The translations under genes were made by a program, and so were the position numbers. Source: Eledone cirrhosa (lineage: Eukaryota). Taken from it: DNA of 64,000 nt. The DNA lies in contig OZ024758.1 in assembly GCA_964016885.1 (NCBI GenBank), forward strand, positions 28,210,001 through 28,274,000, given 5' to 3'. This document shows, one piece after another, positions 49,670-60,758 of this stretch; the first letter of the stretch is position 1, and each line of letters begins with the position of its first letter. The notes below the pieces were generated by a model. That model was not told where the DNA came from. It searched no databases and was given only the letters and a program-made list of their open reading frames with translations.

Positions 49670-52158
49670 CAGTGGTTCTTAACCTTTTTACTTGTTCGCA
49701 CCCCACTCAATTCACCAGCCAGTTCTCGCACCCCCTTCCAGAATTGATGAAAAGCAATATTGATATCATAATCATAATGTGTAAGTAACAAAACAATCAT
49801 GTATTTAATTCTTTATTTACATAACTGACAACAAAATAATGCATTGCAGGATTACAAAAATCAAGATTACATTCATACTAGTAAAAAAACGAAATAACAT
49901 TGTGCTTGTACTATGCATGGTGTGCTGTGAATTATTATGGCTGAGCGCCAAATTCAGTGACTTTGTTGCTGTTGCTTTCCATTTATGATGGCATCAAATC
50001 TTGGTGTCTTGGTGCTGAGTGCCACTCGCATGTCGTGTTGAGGATCCAGCCAATTTCGGCTCTTGGTTTTGATGTGAAGCAGACAGGAAAATCCAGTCTC
50101 GCAGAGGTAAGTAGTCGCGAAAGGCGTGAGCACAGTGAGAGCCTTCTTTGCCAGTGCAGGATACGTTTCCAACTGAGAAGCCCAGAAGTGCTCCAAGTGA
50201 CCATCGGTAAACTCCATTTGCATTCCACTATTGTTTCTGAGTTCGATGAGATCTTCCTTGATGTTGCTATCATCATCAACATCTTCCATATTATGCTTAA
50301 AAGGGTGCCGGATCCAGTCGTCACAGGGTTTTAGCTCTCCACACGAGAAGTAGTCATCAAATGAGGTGCACAGTATCTGCAGATGTTCAATAATTTTTGA
50401 AACAAAATCTTGATGTAGGCAAGCATCCTCTGTTACTGTTTCTTCAAGGGAAGGAAAATTTGCCAAGTTCCCTTTCTTTAAACGCCTAATCCACAAAACA
50501 ATTTTGTCTTTGAATGTAGCCAACTTCTCACTTGCAATCAAAATGTTCATCCCTCTTCCTTGTAGTGAGCGATTGAGCTCATTGAGTGCTGTGAACACAT
50601 CAGCCAAATAGGCAAGCATTTGAATAAATTCAGGATCATCAAAATATCCAGCCAGTTCTTGTCCCAGTCCGTGGAGAAACTGCTGAATTTCTTCTCGCAA
50701 TTCAAACATACGAGATAGCACACGCCCACGTGACAGCCACCTCACTTCGGTATGGTACAACAGCACAGTGTGTTCCTGACCCACTTCCTCACAAAATAAC
50801 TGAAACAGTCGATGATTCAGAGCACGACCACGAATCATATTCACGATCTTCACACAAATCTCCAAAGTCTTTTTCAGGTATGGGGGCAATGTTTTTGCTG
50901 CAAGAGCCTGCCGATGAAGAAAGCAGTGGGTAATCTTCAGTTCAGGAATTTCTTTTCTCATCAATGCAGCAAACCCTGAACGATTGCCTAGCATGGCTGG
51001 TGCACCATCAATACATATGGAACCAATCTTGTCAAGATGAAGTTGGTATCTTGTGAAGAATTCTTTTATCATACTGAACACATCTATGGCTTTAGATGTT
51101 GTGTTCAGTGAGTTACAGAAAAGAAAACTTTCTTCCACTTTATTGTTCTTCACGTACGGGACTAATACCAATAACTGACAACAATTTGACACATCTGTTG
51201 ACTCATCCACTTGTAGGCTAATCTTTACTGGACTGGCCTTGATGTCTGCAATAACTTGCTCCAGGATATCATCACTCATGTCGATGATTCGGTTACGGAT
51301 CACATCATTTGATAAAGACACTTGTTGCAGTTTCCTCGCAGCTTCCTGACCGAGAATAGTCTTTGCCATTTCAAGGGCACACGGCTTGATCAATTCCTCG
51401 GGAATCGTATGGGGCTTCTTTGACTTAGCAACCAGGTATGCAACTTGATAAGAAGCATGTAATAAAGGTTTCACTGTTGGTATAAATCCGTGTGTCAGCA
51501 AAGTGCCGGCACGATCAAACCTAGCTCTTTTGACTCGTAATGTTGCAAGATCATTCTCTGCATCCTTGCCACCATGTCTGTTCTTAAAATGTTCGTCAAG
51601 CTTTGATGGCTTCAAATTTGCGTTGGAGAACATGGTGCTGCATAGGATACACTGTGGACGTTGTGTACCATCCTTCTCATCAGTAACACGCGTGAAGCCA
51701 TACTGAACATAGTCATCATTCCACCTTCGTTTTTTGGACATACTGATGATAAACCTGGAAAACAATAATTTTTATGAGCAAAATTGAAGTTACAATAAAA
51801 GTATAGTGTGCATGTCTGTGATACATGTCTATACCAGAGGCGCACATCCGGGGGGCGAGGGGGAGAGATCATTTCAATTGTGGCGAAAATGACCTTCGCC
51901 CCCAATAATTTTCAATGAAATGGACTCTCTGGCCATGTTTATGACAAATTTAAAGAAAAAAATGCAAAATAATTTTATAAATTATCCCTAATGCCAATTA
52001 GCACAATGACTTCTTGATTTCCAGAATTTTTCACTTTTTTTGGTTACCTGACCATTATTCCCGAAAAATTGTAAATTTACCCCAGGGTATCCTCGCACCC
52101 CCTAGGAAGCATTCTCGCACCCCTAGGGGGTGCGAGCACCCCTGGTTAAGAACCACTG
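49670..52158 (-). mobile_element. Full-length Buster-type hAT DNA transposon (2489 bp)
   Basis: Perfect 15-bp TIR cagtggttcttaacc/ggttaagaaccactg. Perfect 8-bp TSD gactagaa at 49662-49669 and 52159-52166 (nnnTAnnn). Subterminal tcgcacccc motifs at both ends. Confidence 0.96.
49954..51741 (-). CDS. hAT/Buster transposase (TcBuster/ZBED5/ZBED8-like), about 595 aa from MSKKRR
   Basis: BED finger (PQCILC...LDEHFKNRH), catalytic DESTD, DGAPAM, HCFLHRQALA, HTEVRWLSRG, YLADVF and TTYLCETGFS in the dimerisation region. No stops or introns. Confidence 0.93.
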   Translation of the reverse strand: MSKKRRWNDDYVQYGFTRVTDEKDGTQRPQCILCSTMFSNANLKPSKLDEHFKNRHGGKDAENDLATLRVKRARFDRAGTLLTHGFIPTVKPLLHASYQVAYLVAKSKKPHTIPEELIKPCALEMAKTILGQEAARKLQQVSLSNDVIRNRIIDMSDDILEQVIADIKASPVKISLQVDESTDVSNCCQLLVLVPYVKNNKVEESFLFCNSLNTTSKAIDVFSMIKEFFTRYQLHLDKIGSICIDGAPAMLGNRSGFAALMRKEIPELKITHCFLHRQALAAKTLPPYLKKTLEICVKIVNMIRGRALNHRLFQLFCEEVGQEHTVLLYHTEVRWLSRGRVLSRMFELREEIQQFLHGLGQELAGYFDDPEFIQMLAYLADVFTALNELNRSLQGRGMNILIASEKLATFKDKIVLWIRRLKKGNLANFPSLEETVTEDACLHQDFVSKIIEHLQILCTSFDDYFSCGELKPCDDWIRHPFKHNMEDVDDDSNIKEDLIELRNNSGMQMEFTDGHLEHFWASQLETYPALAKKALTVLTPFATTYLCETGFSCLLHIKTKSRNWLDPQHDMRVALSTKTPRFDAIINGKQQQQSH

Positions 52159-52319
52159 GACTAGAAGATCATTATAATTATTAATTGATACAATAGAAAA
52201 TGTGATTCTCTAAAAAGGAGAAATGGCAGAGGCATACATTGATAGATCAAGTTATGAAAATGGTGGAAAGCGTATTAGTACAATTAATTTGGGAAAGAGT
52301 AAAATTAGAAGAGATGCAG

Positions 52320-52483
52320 TTTAGTATTAGGCCAGGAAGGAGCATCCCAAAGTTTAGTATTAGGCCAGGAAGGAGCATCCCAAAGTTTAGTATTAGGCCA
52401 GGAAGGAGCATCCCAAAGTTTAGTATTAGGCCAGGAAGGAGCATCCCAAAGTTTAGTATTAGGGCAGGAAGGAGCATCCCAAA
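52320..52483 (+). repeat. 33-bp tandem repeat (about 5 copies) expanded from the RTE QFGF..G..T motif
   Basis: Unit tttagtattaggccaggaaggagcatcccaaag, translating FSIRPGRSIPK. Confidence 0.93.
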
Positions 52484-52670
52484 TGCCCTCTTCTTAATTA
52501 GACAACTACAAGAGAAGTTTCTGTGTGTAGATGAGTAGCTCATAAGAACAATACAAATCATGCATAGAGATGTTCTGTCAGTAAAATGGGAGTAGGTTTA
52601 GTGAGGAATTCAATGTGCAGGTGAGTGGTTATCAACCTCCTCCTGTTTTTTATAGTTCTCCTGGCACAAC

Positions 52671-52954
52671 TAAAGTCTAAAGTCTGTCTTAAGCCAGAGG
52701 GCTCATTTGGCCGGTGCTTATCCCAGTTTCATGGCATGAAGCGACTGAGAGTACAAGACTCCCCCCTGGACAGGACGCCAGTCCATCGCAGGTTTAAACC
52801 TCCAGCTATTACTGGTACTCATTTTCAGCTGAGTATACTGGAGCAACGTGAAATGAAGTGTTTTGTTCAGGAACACAACACGCAACCCAGGAATCGAGCC
52901 CACAACATTATGATCGTAAGTCCAACACTCTTACCACTAGGCCACGTGCCTCCA
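52671..52954 (-). mobile_element. Full-length tRNA-derived SINE with a Meta/V-like central domain
   Basis: Minus strand: A-box TGGCCTAGTGG, B-box-like GGCTCGATTCC, central cctgcgatggactggcgtcctgtccagggg, tail gactttagacttta. TSD ctcctggca(c/a)aac at 52658-52670 and 52955-52967. Confidence 0.85.
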
Positions 52955-53875
52955 CTCCTGGCAAAACAGAGGAATTTAAGACTTGCTCTCCATGGTTCTT
53001 TTAGCTGACTCTGTGGAAGAGCTTGTGAAGAAATTCCTGTTGTGGAAACAGAACTTAGAATCAAAGGGTTTAGAGTAAACTCAGCAAAGACTTAAAGTCT
53101 TAGTCAGGGAAGAAGCCATGCTCAATATCTATAAAAGGAGTATACAATGTATTTAGTGTGAGGTATGGGTACACAAGAGGTGTTGTGGGATTGTGAACAT
53201 ATTAACAGAAAGATAGACTTTGTATGAGACAGATGTACAGGAATAGTGCGTAGTAGAAGCAACTGTGAAATGAACCTTTTTCAATACCAGGAATGTACCA
53301 TAGAAGTAGTTGATAGTTTCTGTTACTTGGGTGGCTTAATTAACGTTGGAGGGGTTACTCTACAGGTACAGTAGGTAGTATAAGAATAGACTGAAAAAGG
53401 TTTAGGTAGCTACTAGCTTTGTTGACAACAGGGATTTTCTCTAAGACAAAGGGTAGATTGTATGATGCCTGTATGAGAAGGGTGATGTTGTATTGCAGTG
53501 AGACAGGCAGTAAATGCAGAGAACATACAGAGACTGGAGAGAACTAAAGTGAGGAGTATGCTCTGTTGGATGTATAATGTTAGCGTTCATGAAGAGAAGG
53601 GCTTGGGTGAACTGAGATATAAGCTGGGTATAAGAGGAATCACATGGAGTGTGCAATAGAAAAGACTGCTCAGGTACAGACGTGTGATACATATGGATGA
53701 TAGTTAGTGGGTGAAGAAGTGCCATGAGATGCTAGTGGAAGGAAGCTGCAGTAGAGGAAGACTAACACAAACCTGGCAGAGGTGGCTAAAGAGGATCTCA
53801 AAATCCTGAACTGCACAAACACCATGAAGGTTGTGATGGAAGCGACCAATCCAAGAATCAAAGAGGAGGCATACA

Positions 53876-54532
53876 TTGATGATGGTGATGATGATGATGG
53901 TAATGATGATGATGATGATGGCGATACTGGTAATGATGATGATGATGATGGTGGTGATGGTAATGATGGTGATGGTAATGATGATGATGGTGATGGTGAT
54001 GATGATGGTAATGATGATGATGATGATGATGGTGATGGTAATGATGGTGATGGTGATGGTAATGATGGTGACGATGATGGTGATGGTAATGATGATGACG
54101 ATAATGATGATGATGATGATGATGGTGATGGTAACGATGATGACGATAATGATGATGATGATGATGATGGTGATGGTAATGATGGTGATGGTGATGGTAA
54201 TGATGGTGACGATGATGGTGATGGTAATGATGATGACGATAATGATGATGATGATGATGATGGTGATGGTAACGATGATGACGATAATGATGATGATGAT
54301 GATGATGGTGATGGTAATGATGATGATGATGATGGTGATGGTAATGATGATGATGATGATGGTAATGATGATGATGATGATGGTGATGGTAATGATGATG
54401 ATGATGATGGTAATGATGATGATGGTAATGATGATGACGATAATGATGATGATGATGATGATGGTAATGATGGTGATGGTGATGATGGTGACGATAATGA
54501 TGCTGGTGATGATGGTGACAACTATGGAGATG
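53876..54532. repeat. (GAT/GGT/AAT)n expansion at the 3' end of the decayed RTE
   Basis: Direct inspection. Poly-D/H/M/S/I ORFs are artefacts. Confidence 0.93.
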
Positions 54533-54684
54533 ATCCCTTCCCACTGTGTCACATAAGAATGATATAAATCTCTACAATACTTAAAGTATATTTTCAGAGA
54601 ATGCTGAGCTGTCAACATTGCAAAATATATTTCAGGTGGGAAAAATAAAATCCAGTGGGCGACTATTTAAATATACCTCTAGAA

Positions 54685-56416
54685 GAGCCATGGCAAAACT
54701 GTGGCCATGACCTACATGTGGCCCATTGGGCTTTCTGAATGGCCTGCCTAATTTCAAAATTGCATTTAATTTTTTAGCCCTATGAAGGGCCACATCCTAT
54801 GTGACCCACCTTATGATGGGTCACATCCTATGTGGCTCACTGTCTGATGAGTCACATCCTATGTGGCCCACCTTATGATGAGTGACATCCTATGTGGCCC
54901 ACCTTATGATGAGTGACATCCTATGTGGCCCACCTTATGATGAGTGATATCCTATGTGGCCCACCTTATGATGAGTGACATCCTATGTGGCCCACCTTAT
55001 GATGAGTGATATCCTATGTGGCCCACCTTATGATGAGTGACATCCTATGTGGCCCACCTTATGATGGGTCACATCCTATGTGGCCCACCTTATGATGAGT
55101 GACATCCTATGTGGCCCACCTTATGATGGGTCACATCCTATGTGGCCCACCTTATGATGAGTGACATCCTATGTGGCCCACCTTATGATGAGTGATATCC
55201 TATGTGGCCCACCTTATGATGAGTGACATCCTATGTGGCCCTCCTTATGATGAGTGACATCCTATGTGGTCCACCTTATGATGAGTGACATCCTATGTGG
55301 CCCACCTTATGATGGGTCACATCCTATGTGGCCCACCTTATGATGAGTGACATCCTATGTGGCCCACCTTATGATGAGTGACATCCTATGTGGCCCACCT
55401 TATGATGGGTCACATCCTATGTGGCCCACCTTATGATGGGTCACATCCTATGTGGCCCACCTTATGATGAGTGATATCCTATGTGGCCCACCTTATGATG
55501 AGTGACATCCTATGTGGCCCACCTTATGATGAGTGATATCCTATGTGGCCCACCTTATGATGAGTGACATCCTATGTGGCCCACCTTATGATGGGTCACA
55601 TCCTATGTGGCCCACCTTATGATGAGTGACATCCTATGTGGCCCACCTTATGATGGGTCACATCCTATGTGGCCCACCTTATGATGAGTGACATCCTATG
55701 TGGCCCACCTTATGATGAGTGATATCCTATGTGGCCCACCTTATGATGAGTGACATCCTATGTGGCCCTCCTTATGATGAGTGACATCCTATGTGGTCCA
55801 CCTTATGATGAGTGACATCCTATGTGGCCCACCTTATGATGGGTCACATCCTATGTGGCCCACCTTATGATGAGTGATATCCTATGTGGCCCACCTTATG
55901 ATGAGTCACATCCTATGTGGCCCACCTTATGATGAGTGACATCCTATGTGGCCCACCTTATGATGAGTCACATCCTATGTGGCCCACCTTATGATGAGTG
56001 ACATCCTATGTGGCCCACCTTATGATGAGTGACATCCTATGTGGCCCACCTTATGATGAGTCACATCCTATGTGGCCCACCTTATGATGAGTGACATCCT
56101 ATGTGGCCCACCTTATGATGAGTGATATCCTATGTGGCCCACCTTATGATGAGTCACATCCTATGTGGCCCACCTTATGATGAGTGATATCCTATGTGGC
56201 CTACCTTATGATGAGTGACATCCTATGTGGCCCACCTTATGATGAGTGACATCCTATGTGGCCTACCTTATGATGAGTGACATCCTATGTGGCCTACCTT
56301 ATGATGAGCCACATCCTATGTGGCCCACCTTATGATGAGTCACATCCTATGTGGCCCACCTTATGATGAGTCACATCCTATGTGGCCCACTGATCAAGAA
56401 AGGTTGCCCATGTCTG
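54685..56416. mobile_element. hAT (Charlie/MER30-like) MITE inflated by an internal minisatellite
   Basis: Perfect 8-bp TSD ctctagaa at 54677-54684 and 56417-56424. Degenerate TIRs gagccatggcaaaact and aggttgcccatgtctg. Subterminal tgtggccc motifs. Confidence 0.8.
54780..56390. repeat. 31-bp minisatellite, about 52 copies
   Basis: Unit catcctatgtggcccaccttatgatgagtga. Period is 31 (55041 to 55072). Confidence 0.97.
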
Positions 56417-56426
56417 CTCTAGAACT

Positions 56427-56639
56427 TACTGTATATACTCAATTATAAACTGATTAAAACATAAGCTGACCCCACCACCCCTATTTTATGTCGAGGAATG
56501 GTCAAAAATCCCATCCCCATTTATGAGCTGAGATAGGTAATCAACACATTGTCTAGATGGTGTATACAAGCCAACCTCCCATTTTACCAGCGATTTATTG
56601 GTCACATATTCTTCGGCTTATATTCAAGTATATACAGTA
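56427..56639. mobile_element. Tc2/pogo-like MITE related to 48733-48928
   Basis: Termini tactgtatatactc and ggcttatattcaagtatatacagta. Its right arm is repeated at about 56925-57191. Confidence 0.65.
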
Positions 56640-56692
56640 GTACATTCTGTAAAGTGGTTGGCTGGTAATAGAAAGGGAAGCTGCTTGTATAA

Positions 56693-56912
56693 CCCTTTAA
56701 TGTTCAAACCAGCCAAAACCGGCCAGAGTTCTCTACCTCTTTCTGTTGAAACTGGCTGTAACTAGTCGCTAAAACTGATGTTAAGGTATTGTTCTCAAAA
56801 TAAATACTTTTAAAATCTTATAGATTCGATATTATGTGAGATAAGTATGTGAGAAAAAGCCTTTACCATGAAAATATAATAGTATATATAGAGTAATGTG
56901 AATGCTAAAGGG
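56693..56912. mobile_element. piggyBac-like MITE
   Basis: Termini ccctttaatgttc and gaatgctaaaggg, flanked by ataa and ttaa. Confidence 0.5.
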
Positions 56913-57025
56913 TTAAACCATGTTAGCTAATCAACACATTCTTTACTTGGTGTATATAAGCCAACTTTCCCACCATTTTACCATCAATTTCTTAGGTCAC
57001 ATATTCGTTTGCTTATATTCAAGTA

Positions 57026-57180
57026 CCGTATTTCCTGGCGTCTTTTCCTAAAATAAGTCTCAAAAATCTACCATGCGTCCTGGAGGCCGAAGGTTGTTTA
57101 TTATTTTTTTTCAAATTTTTGGTTGTCAAAATTAAGGTGCATCCTGGAGGATGAAGCGGCTTTGGCGCCGGGAAATACGG
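57026..57180. mobile_element. Small Tc2-like MITE nested in the terminus of another MITE
   Basis: TIR ccgtatttcctggcg/cgccgggaaatacgg with TA duplication. It splits the host end aagta|tatacagta. Confidence 0.75.
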
Positions 57181-57539
57181 TATATACAGTACTCTCAAAT
57201 TATCAATTTGGCAAATATATATTAAAATATCACCAAAAATTATCAAACATCTCATTTATGAAAAAAAAAAACAACAACTTAGAACTCACCAACTGTTAAA
57301 AATGAAGAGGAATTTGGTGAATCTCATAAAACAGCAGCTCGGATTATTTGTTTCTTGTTTAGATGTGATATAAAATATATTACAAACATATGGCTTAGGG
57401 GCATATTACTTTTAATTATGAGGAATACTAAATTTCATTTTCATAATTAGATACTTCAATGAACTGTCAATTACCAGGTTAATTACATAGAAACTGATAA
57501 TAAAATAAAAATAGAAACTTCAGTTTCAGTAGCCTGTTA

Positions 57540-57898
57540 ATGAAGGTTGGCTGAAAAGTTCATAGGCTGACTAAGATACTCTCATGGAATGACCAAATGA
57601 GGTTTATTTTTCAACATATTCGCTAGAAAGAAACATTGCAGTTATTAATAAGAAGAATTGAAATTAATAAATTAATGCATGCAAGATTTCACTGCTCTAG
57701 CAACAACCTTTCATAATCAGTCTAATAACTTTTCAGCTCACCCTCATATATATGTGTGTGTGTGTATTTTAACATAGACACTGCAAAGATTCAATGCAGT
57801 TATTAAATAAGAAGAGATGGAATTAATACATGCAAGATTTTACAGCTCTAACATCAATCCTTCATAGTGAGCCTAAGAACTTTTCAGCCAAACCTCAT
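57540..57898. mobile_element. Mariner-like MITE with a duplicated right arm
   Basis: Left end tgaaggttggctgaaaagttc. Right ends aacttttcagctcaccctcata (about 57730) and gaacttttcagccaaacctcata (about 57880). Confidence 0.65.
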
Positions 57899-58486
57899 AT
57901 ATAGAATATATGACTTTTTTTACTTTACATATGCTTAGCTATCAACAGCTCTCCCCCACATCTACCTTGTAGATTCAAAAGTTAACATATCTTTTTCTTA
58001 TAATGTCTTCTTCATATTTTGTCAGAGAGAAAAACAACAACAAAACACACACACCCCAAAAATAAAAGTTCTGTTTAATGCTACAACTCCTAAATACAGT
58101 TTTAAAAGAATGCCTGGAGGGAATTAGATATTACTGCCAGGAATGTGGCACCAGAAAGAACAAAATAAGAACAAAATAAAAAATAGACAAATGAAACAAA
58201 ATATAAAATAATAAAATATGATAAAATAAATTAAAATAAGATAACAAAAAATAGATAACAAAATAAATAAAGAAATAAGAACAATTCTTCATTGATGTGC
58301 CAGTGCTAATAATTAGTCTTCTAGTTGACTATAATAGTAGTGGAAGCAACGGTAATTAGGAAACTACAGACATTTGGTATCTGTTTCACATTTCTGTAAA
58401 AAAAAGTTCTTTTTATTGAGAATATAAATTGCAAAAGAGGAGACGGTTTAGGTTTTATGAAGTACAACAAAGACAGTAATGTTTTA

Positions 58487-59096
58487 TCACCATATAAGGG
58501 CAGTCCTATACACCATATAAGGGCAGTCCTATACACCATATAAGGGCAGTCTTATACACCATATAAGGGCAGTCCTATATACCATATTAGGAGAGTCTTA
58601 TATACCATATAAGGACAGTCTTATATACCATATAAGGACAGTCTTATATACCATATAAGGACAGTCTTATATACTATATAAGGACAGTCTTATATACCAT
58701 ATAAGGACAGTCTTATATACTATATAAGGAAATTCCTATATACCATATAAGGAGAGTCCTATATACCATATAAGGAGAGTCCTATATACCATATAAGGGC
58801 AGTCCTATATACCATATAAGGAGAGTCCTATATACCATATAAGGGGTCTTATATACCATATAAGGGACTCTTATATACCATATAAGGACAGTCTTATATA
58901 CCATATAAGGAGTCGTATATACCATATAAGGACAGTCTTATATACCATATAAGGAGAGTCCTATATACCATATAAGGGTGTCTTATATACCATATAAGGA
59001 AAGTCTTATATACCATATAAGGGGAGTCCTTTATACCATATAAGGGTGTCCTATATACCATATAAGGGCAGTCCATATATGGAGAGTCCTATATAC
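58487..59096. repeat. 23-bp minisatellite, about 26 copies
   Basis: Unit accatataagg(g/a)cagtc(c/t)tatat. Confidence 0.95.
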
Positions 59097-59200
59097 CCCA
59101 GTGCATTATTGGTACTTTATTTTATCAACCCCGTAAGGATGAAAGGCAAAGTTAACCTCAGTGGGATTTGAACTCAGACCGTAAAGGGTCATAACTTTAT
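59097..59200. mobile_element. SINE-like repeat fragment (family of 16940-17280)
   Basis: cagtgcattattggtactttattttatcaaccccgtaaggatgaaaggcaaagttaacctc...gatttgaactcag. Confidence 0.7.
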
Positions 59201-59418
59201 GCCACAATAATAATAATAACAATAATAATAATAATAAGAAGAAGAAGGAGAAAACAATGTCATGATTAGACCACTGGGTGTGGTCTGTTATCTTGATTAA
59301 ACTAGGAATTAAGATCGATCCTGAGAGAGGACATGATGATGATGATGATGATATTGATTTCTTTATTAGCCAGTAAACATTAGAGGTTACAATATATGTG
59401 GGGTTGGACAAACAAAGT

Positions 59419-59459
<41 letters not shown>

Positions 59460-59461
<2 letters not shown>

Positions 59462-59828
59462 GATACACGACCGTGACCTCTGGCGTCACGCAGTAATACA
59501 GAGTACCCGACCTCCCATGAGTACAAGCTGAAGCATATAGACAATATGCCCCCACACCCTCCCACTGCAAAGTGGTCGTGGAGGTGCCACGGCAAAAAAG
59601 CACCCAGCCCACACTGTAAAGTGGACGGGTAGGCGCCACGGAAAAAAGCACCCAGCACTCACTGTAAATGAGGTTGGTGTTAGGAAGGGCATCCAGCTGT
59701 AGAAATCAAGCCAAAATCAGTTCCTGTATGAGCAATGCATGGTCAGCCGACCAGACACTGCCCACAACAGGACAACCTGTCTAACCCATGCTAGCATGAA
59801 AGAACGGACGTAAAACGGTGATGATGAT
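59460..59828 (+). mobile_element. 3'-terminal fragment of RTE family A, flanked by TA repeats
   Basis: Highly similar to 2460-2830 (ORF end, 3' UTR and gat tail). Confidence 0.92.
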
Positions 59829-59842
59829 ATATATATATATGT

Positions 59843-60007
59843 ATCATCATCATCATTTTATGTTTACTTTTCCCTGTTTGCAAGGGTGGGACGGGAACCG
59901 ATTCTGGCTTGATTTTTACAGCTGGATGCCCTTCCTAACACCAACCTCATTTACAGTGAGTGCTGGGTGCTTTTTTTCCGTGGCACCTACACGACCACTT
60001 TACAGTG
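59843..60007 (-). mobile_element. Inverted RTE family-A-related 3' fragment with a variant terminus
   Basis: Reverse complement of the 3' UTR (cagctggatgcccttcctaacaccaacctcatttacagtgagtgctgggtgc) with a (cat)n tail. Confidence 0.85.
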
Positions 60008-60063
60008 GAATGATAGGGACCCATAAATATGGTTTTATAAATATAGTTTCCATTTGTTAATAT

Positions 60064-60110
<47 letters not shown>

Positions 60111-60112
60111 AT

Positions 60113-60758
60113 ATATTGTTATACTTGGGGAGGGTCATATTTGTGTAATATTGCCAGAATTAATAACAGAACACACTCACTGCTTGGTTGGTTTTCGCTT
60201 CTCGCTTCTGTGTCTTTTAAATCGGTAATCTAACTTATTCGGTCCTCAATGTTGCCATTGACTGACCGACGGTCAAAAATAATACAGATATAATATAGAC
60301 ACAAACACATATATATAGTTTATCATACATACACAAGCACATAAACACACACTAGTCACCCATCACACAGCAAACAAAACACTATACACACACGCAAACG
60401 CATGCGCAAAGAAGACAAAATAAAATAAACAAACAAGCAAATAAATAAATAAATATATAGACAGACTGAATAAAAATGGCGTAGACATACAATACAACAG
60501 GAGGAAAAGATAGCACCACTGACGTTGTTGCAGATGTGCAACGAAAGATTGATGATAAACTATATATATGTGATTGTGTCTCTATTGTATCTGTATTATT
60601 TTTGACCGTCGTTCAGTCAATGGCAACATTGAGGACCTAATAAATTAGATTACCGATATAAAAGACACAGAAGCGAAAACCAACCAAACAGTGAGTGTGT
60701 TCTGTTATTAATTCTGGCAATATTACACAAATATGACCCTCCCCAAGTATAACAATAT
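60113..60758. repeat. Inverted repeat with ~210-bp arms (60113-60326 and 60552-60758) and a ~225-bp spacer
   Basis: For example, atattgttatacttggggagggtcatatttgtgtaatattgccagaatt versus aattctggcaatattacacaaatatgaccctccccaagtataacaatat. Confidence 0.92.

Larger units (their letters stand above)
49260..53880 (+). pseudogene. Old, heavily decayed RTE family-A-like LINE that hosts later insertions
   Basis: Collinear remnants: DLCCVQELR..ARLL (about 49285-49345); IINQVIHDTVIFND (about 49620-49669); after the hAT, LIDQVMKMVESVLVQLIWERVKLEEMQF, ALFLIRQLQEKF, VVDSFCYLG, GRLYDAC. It ends in a GAT-rich tail. Confidence 0.75.

Noticed and set aside
49954-51765. Domesticated host gene (ZBED5/ZBED8/SCAND3/FAM200-like)
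   Set aside because: The ORF is flanked by perfect TIRs and a TSD and is inserted in a decayed LINE, so it is a transposon copy. No gene symbol assigned.
52880-52954. tRNA gene
   Set aside because: A and B boxes are present, but as the head of a SINE with a body, tail and TSD. No clean cloverleaf.
53670-54618. Poly-Asp, His, Met, Ser and Ile ORFs resembling acidic or His-rich proteins (also 19925-20464)
   Set aside because: All frames are open because of (GAT/GGT)n. The 53.9-54.5 kb tract sits at an RTE 3' end, and there is no supporting gene structure.
54840-54875. Hammerhead-like ctgatga-gtcac-atcctat-gtggc in the 31-bp minisatellite
   Set aside because: No GAAA follows stem II, and most units read atgatga rather than ctgatga. 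The hairpin is explained by the MITE subterminal palindrome.
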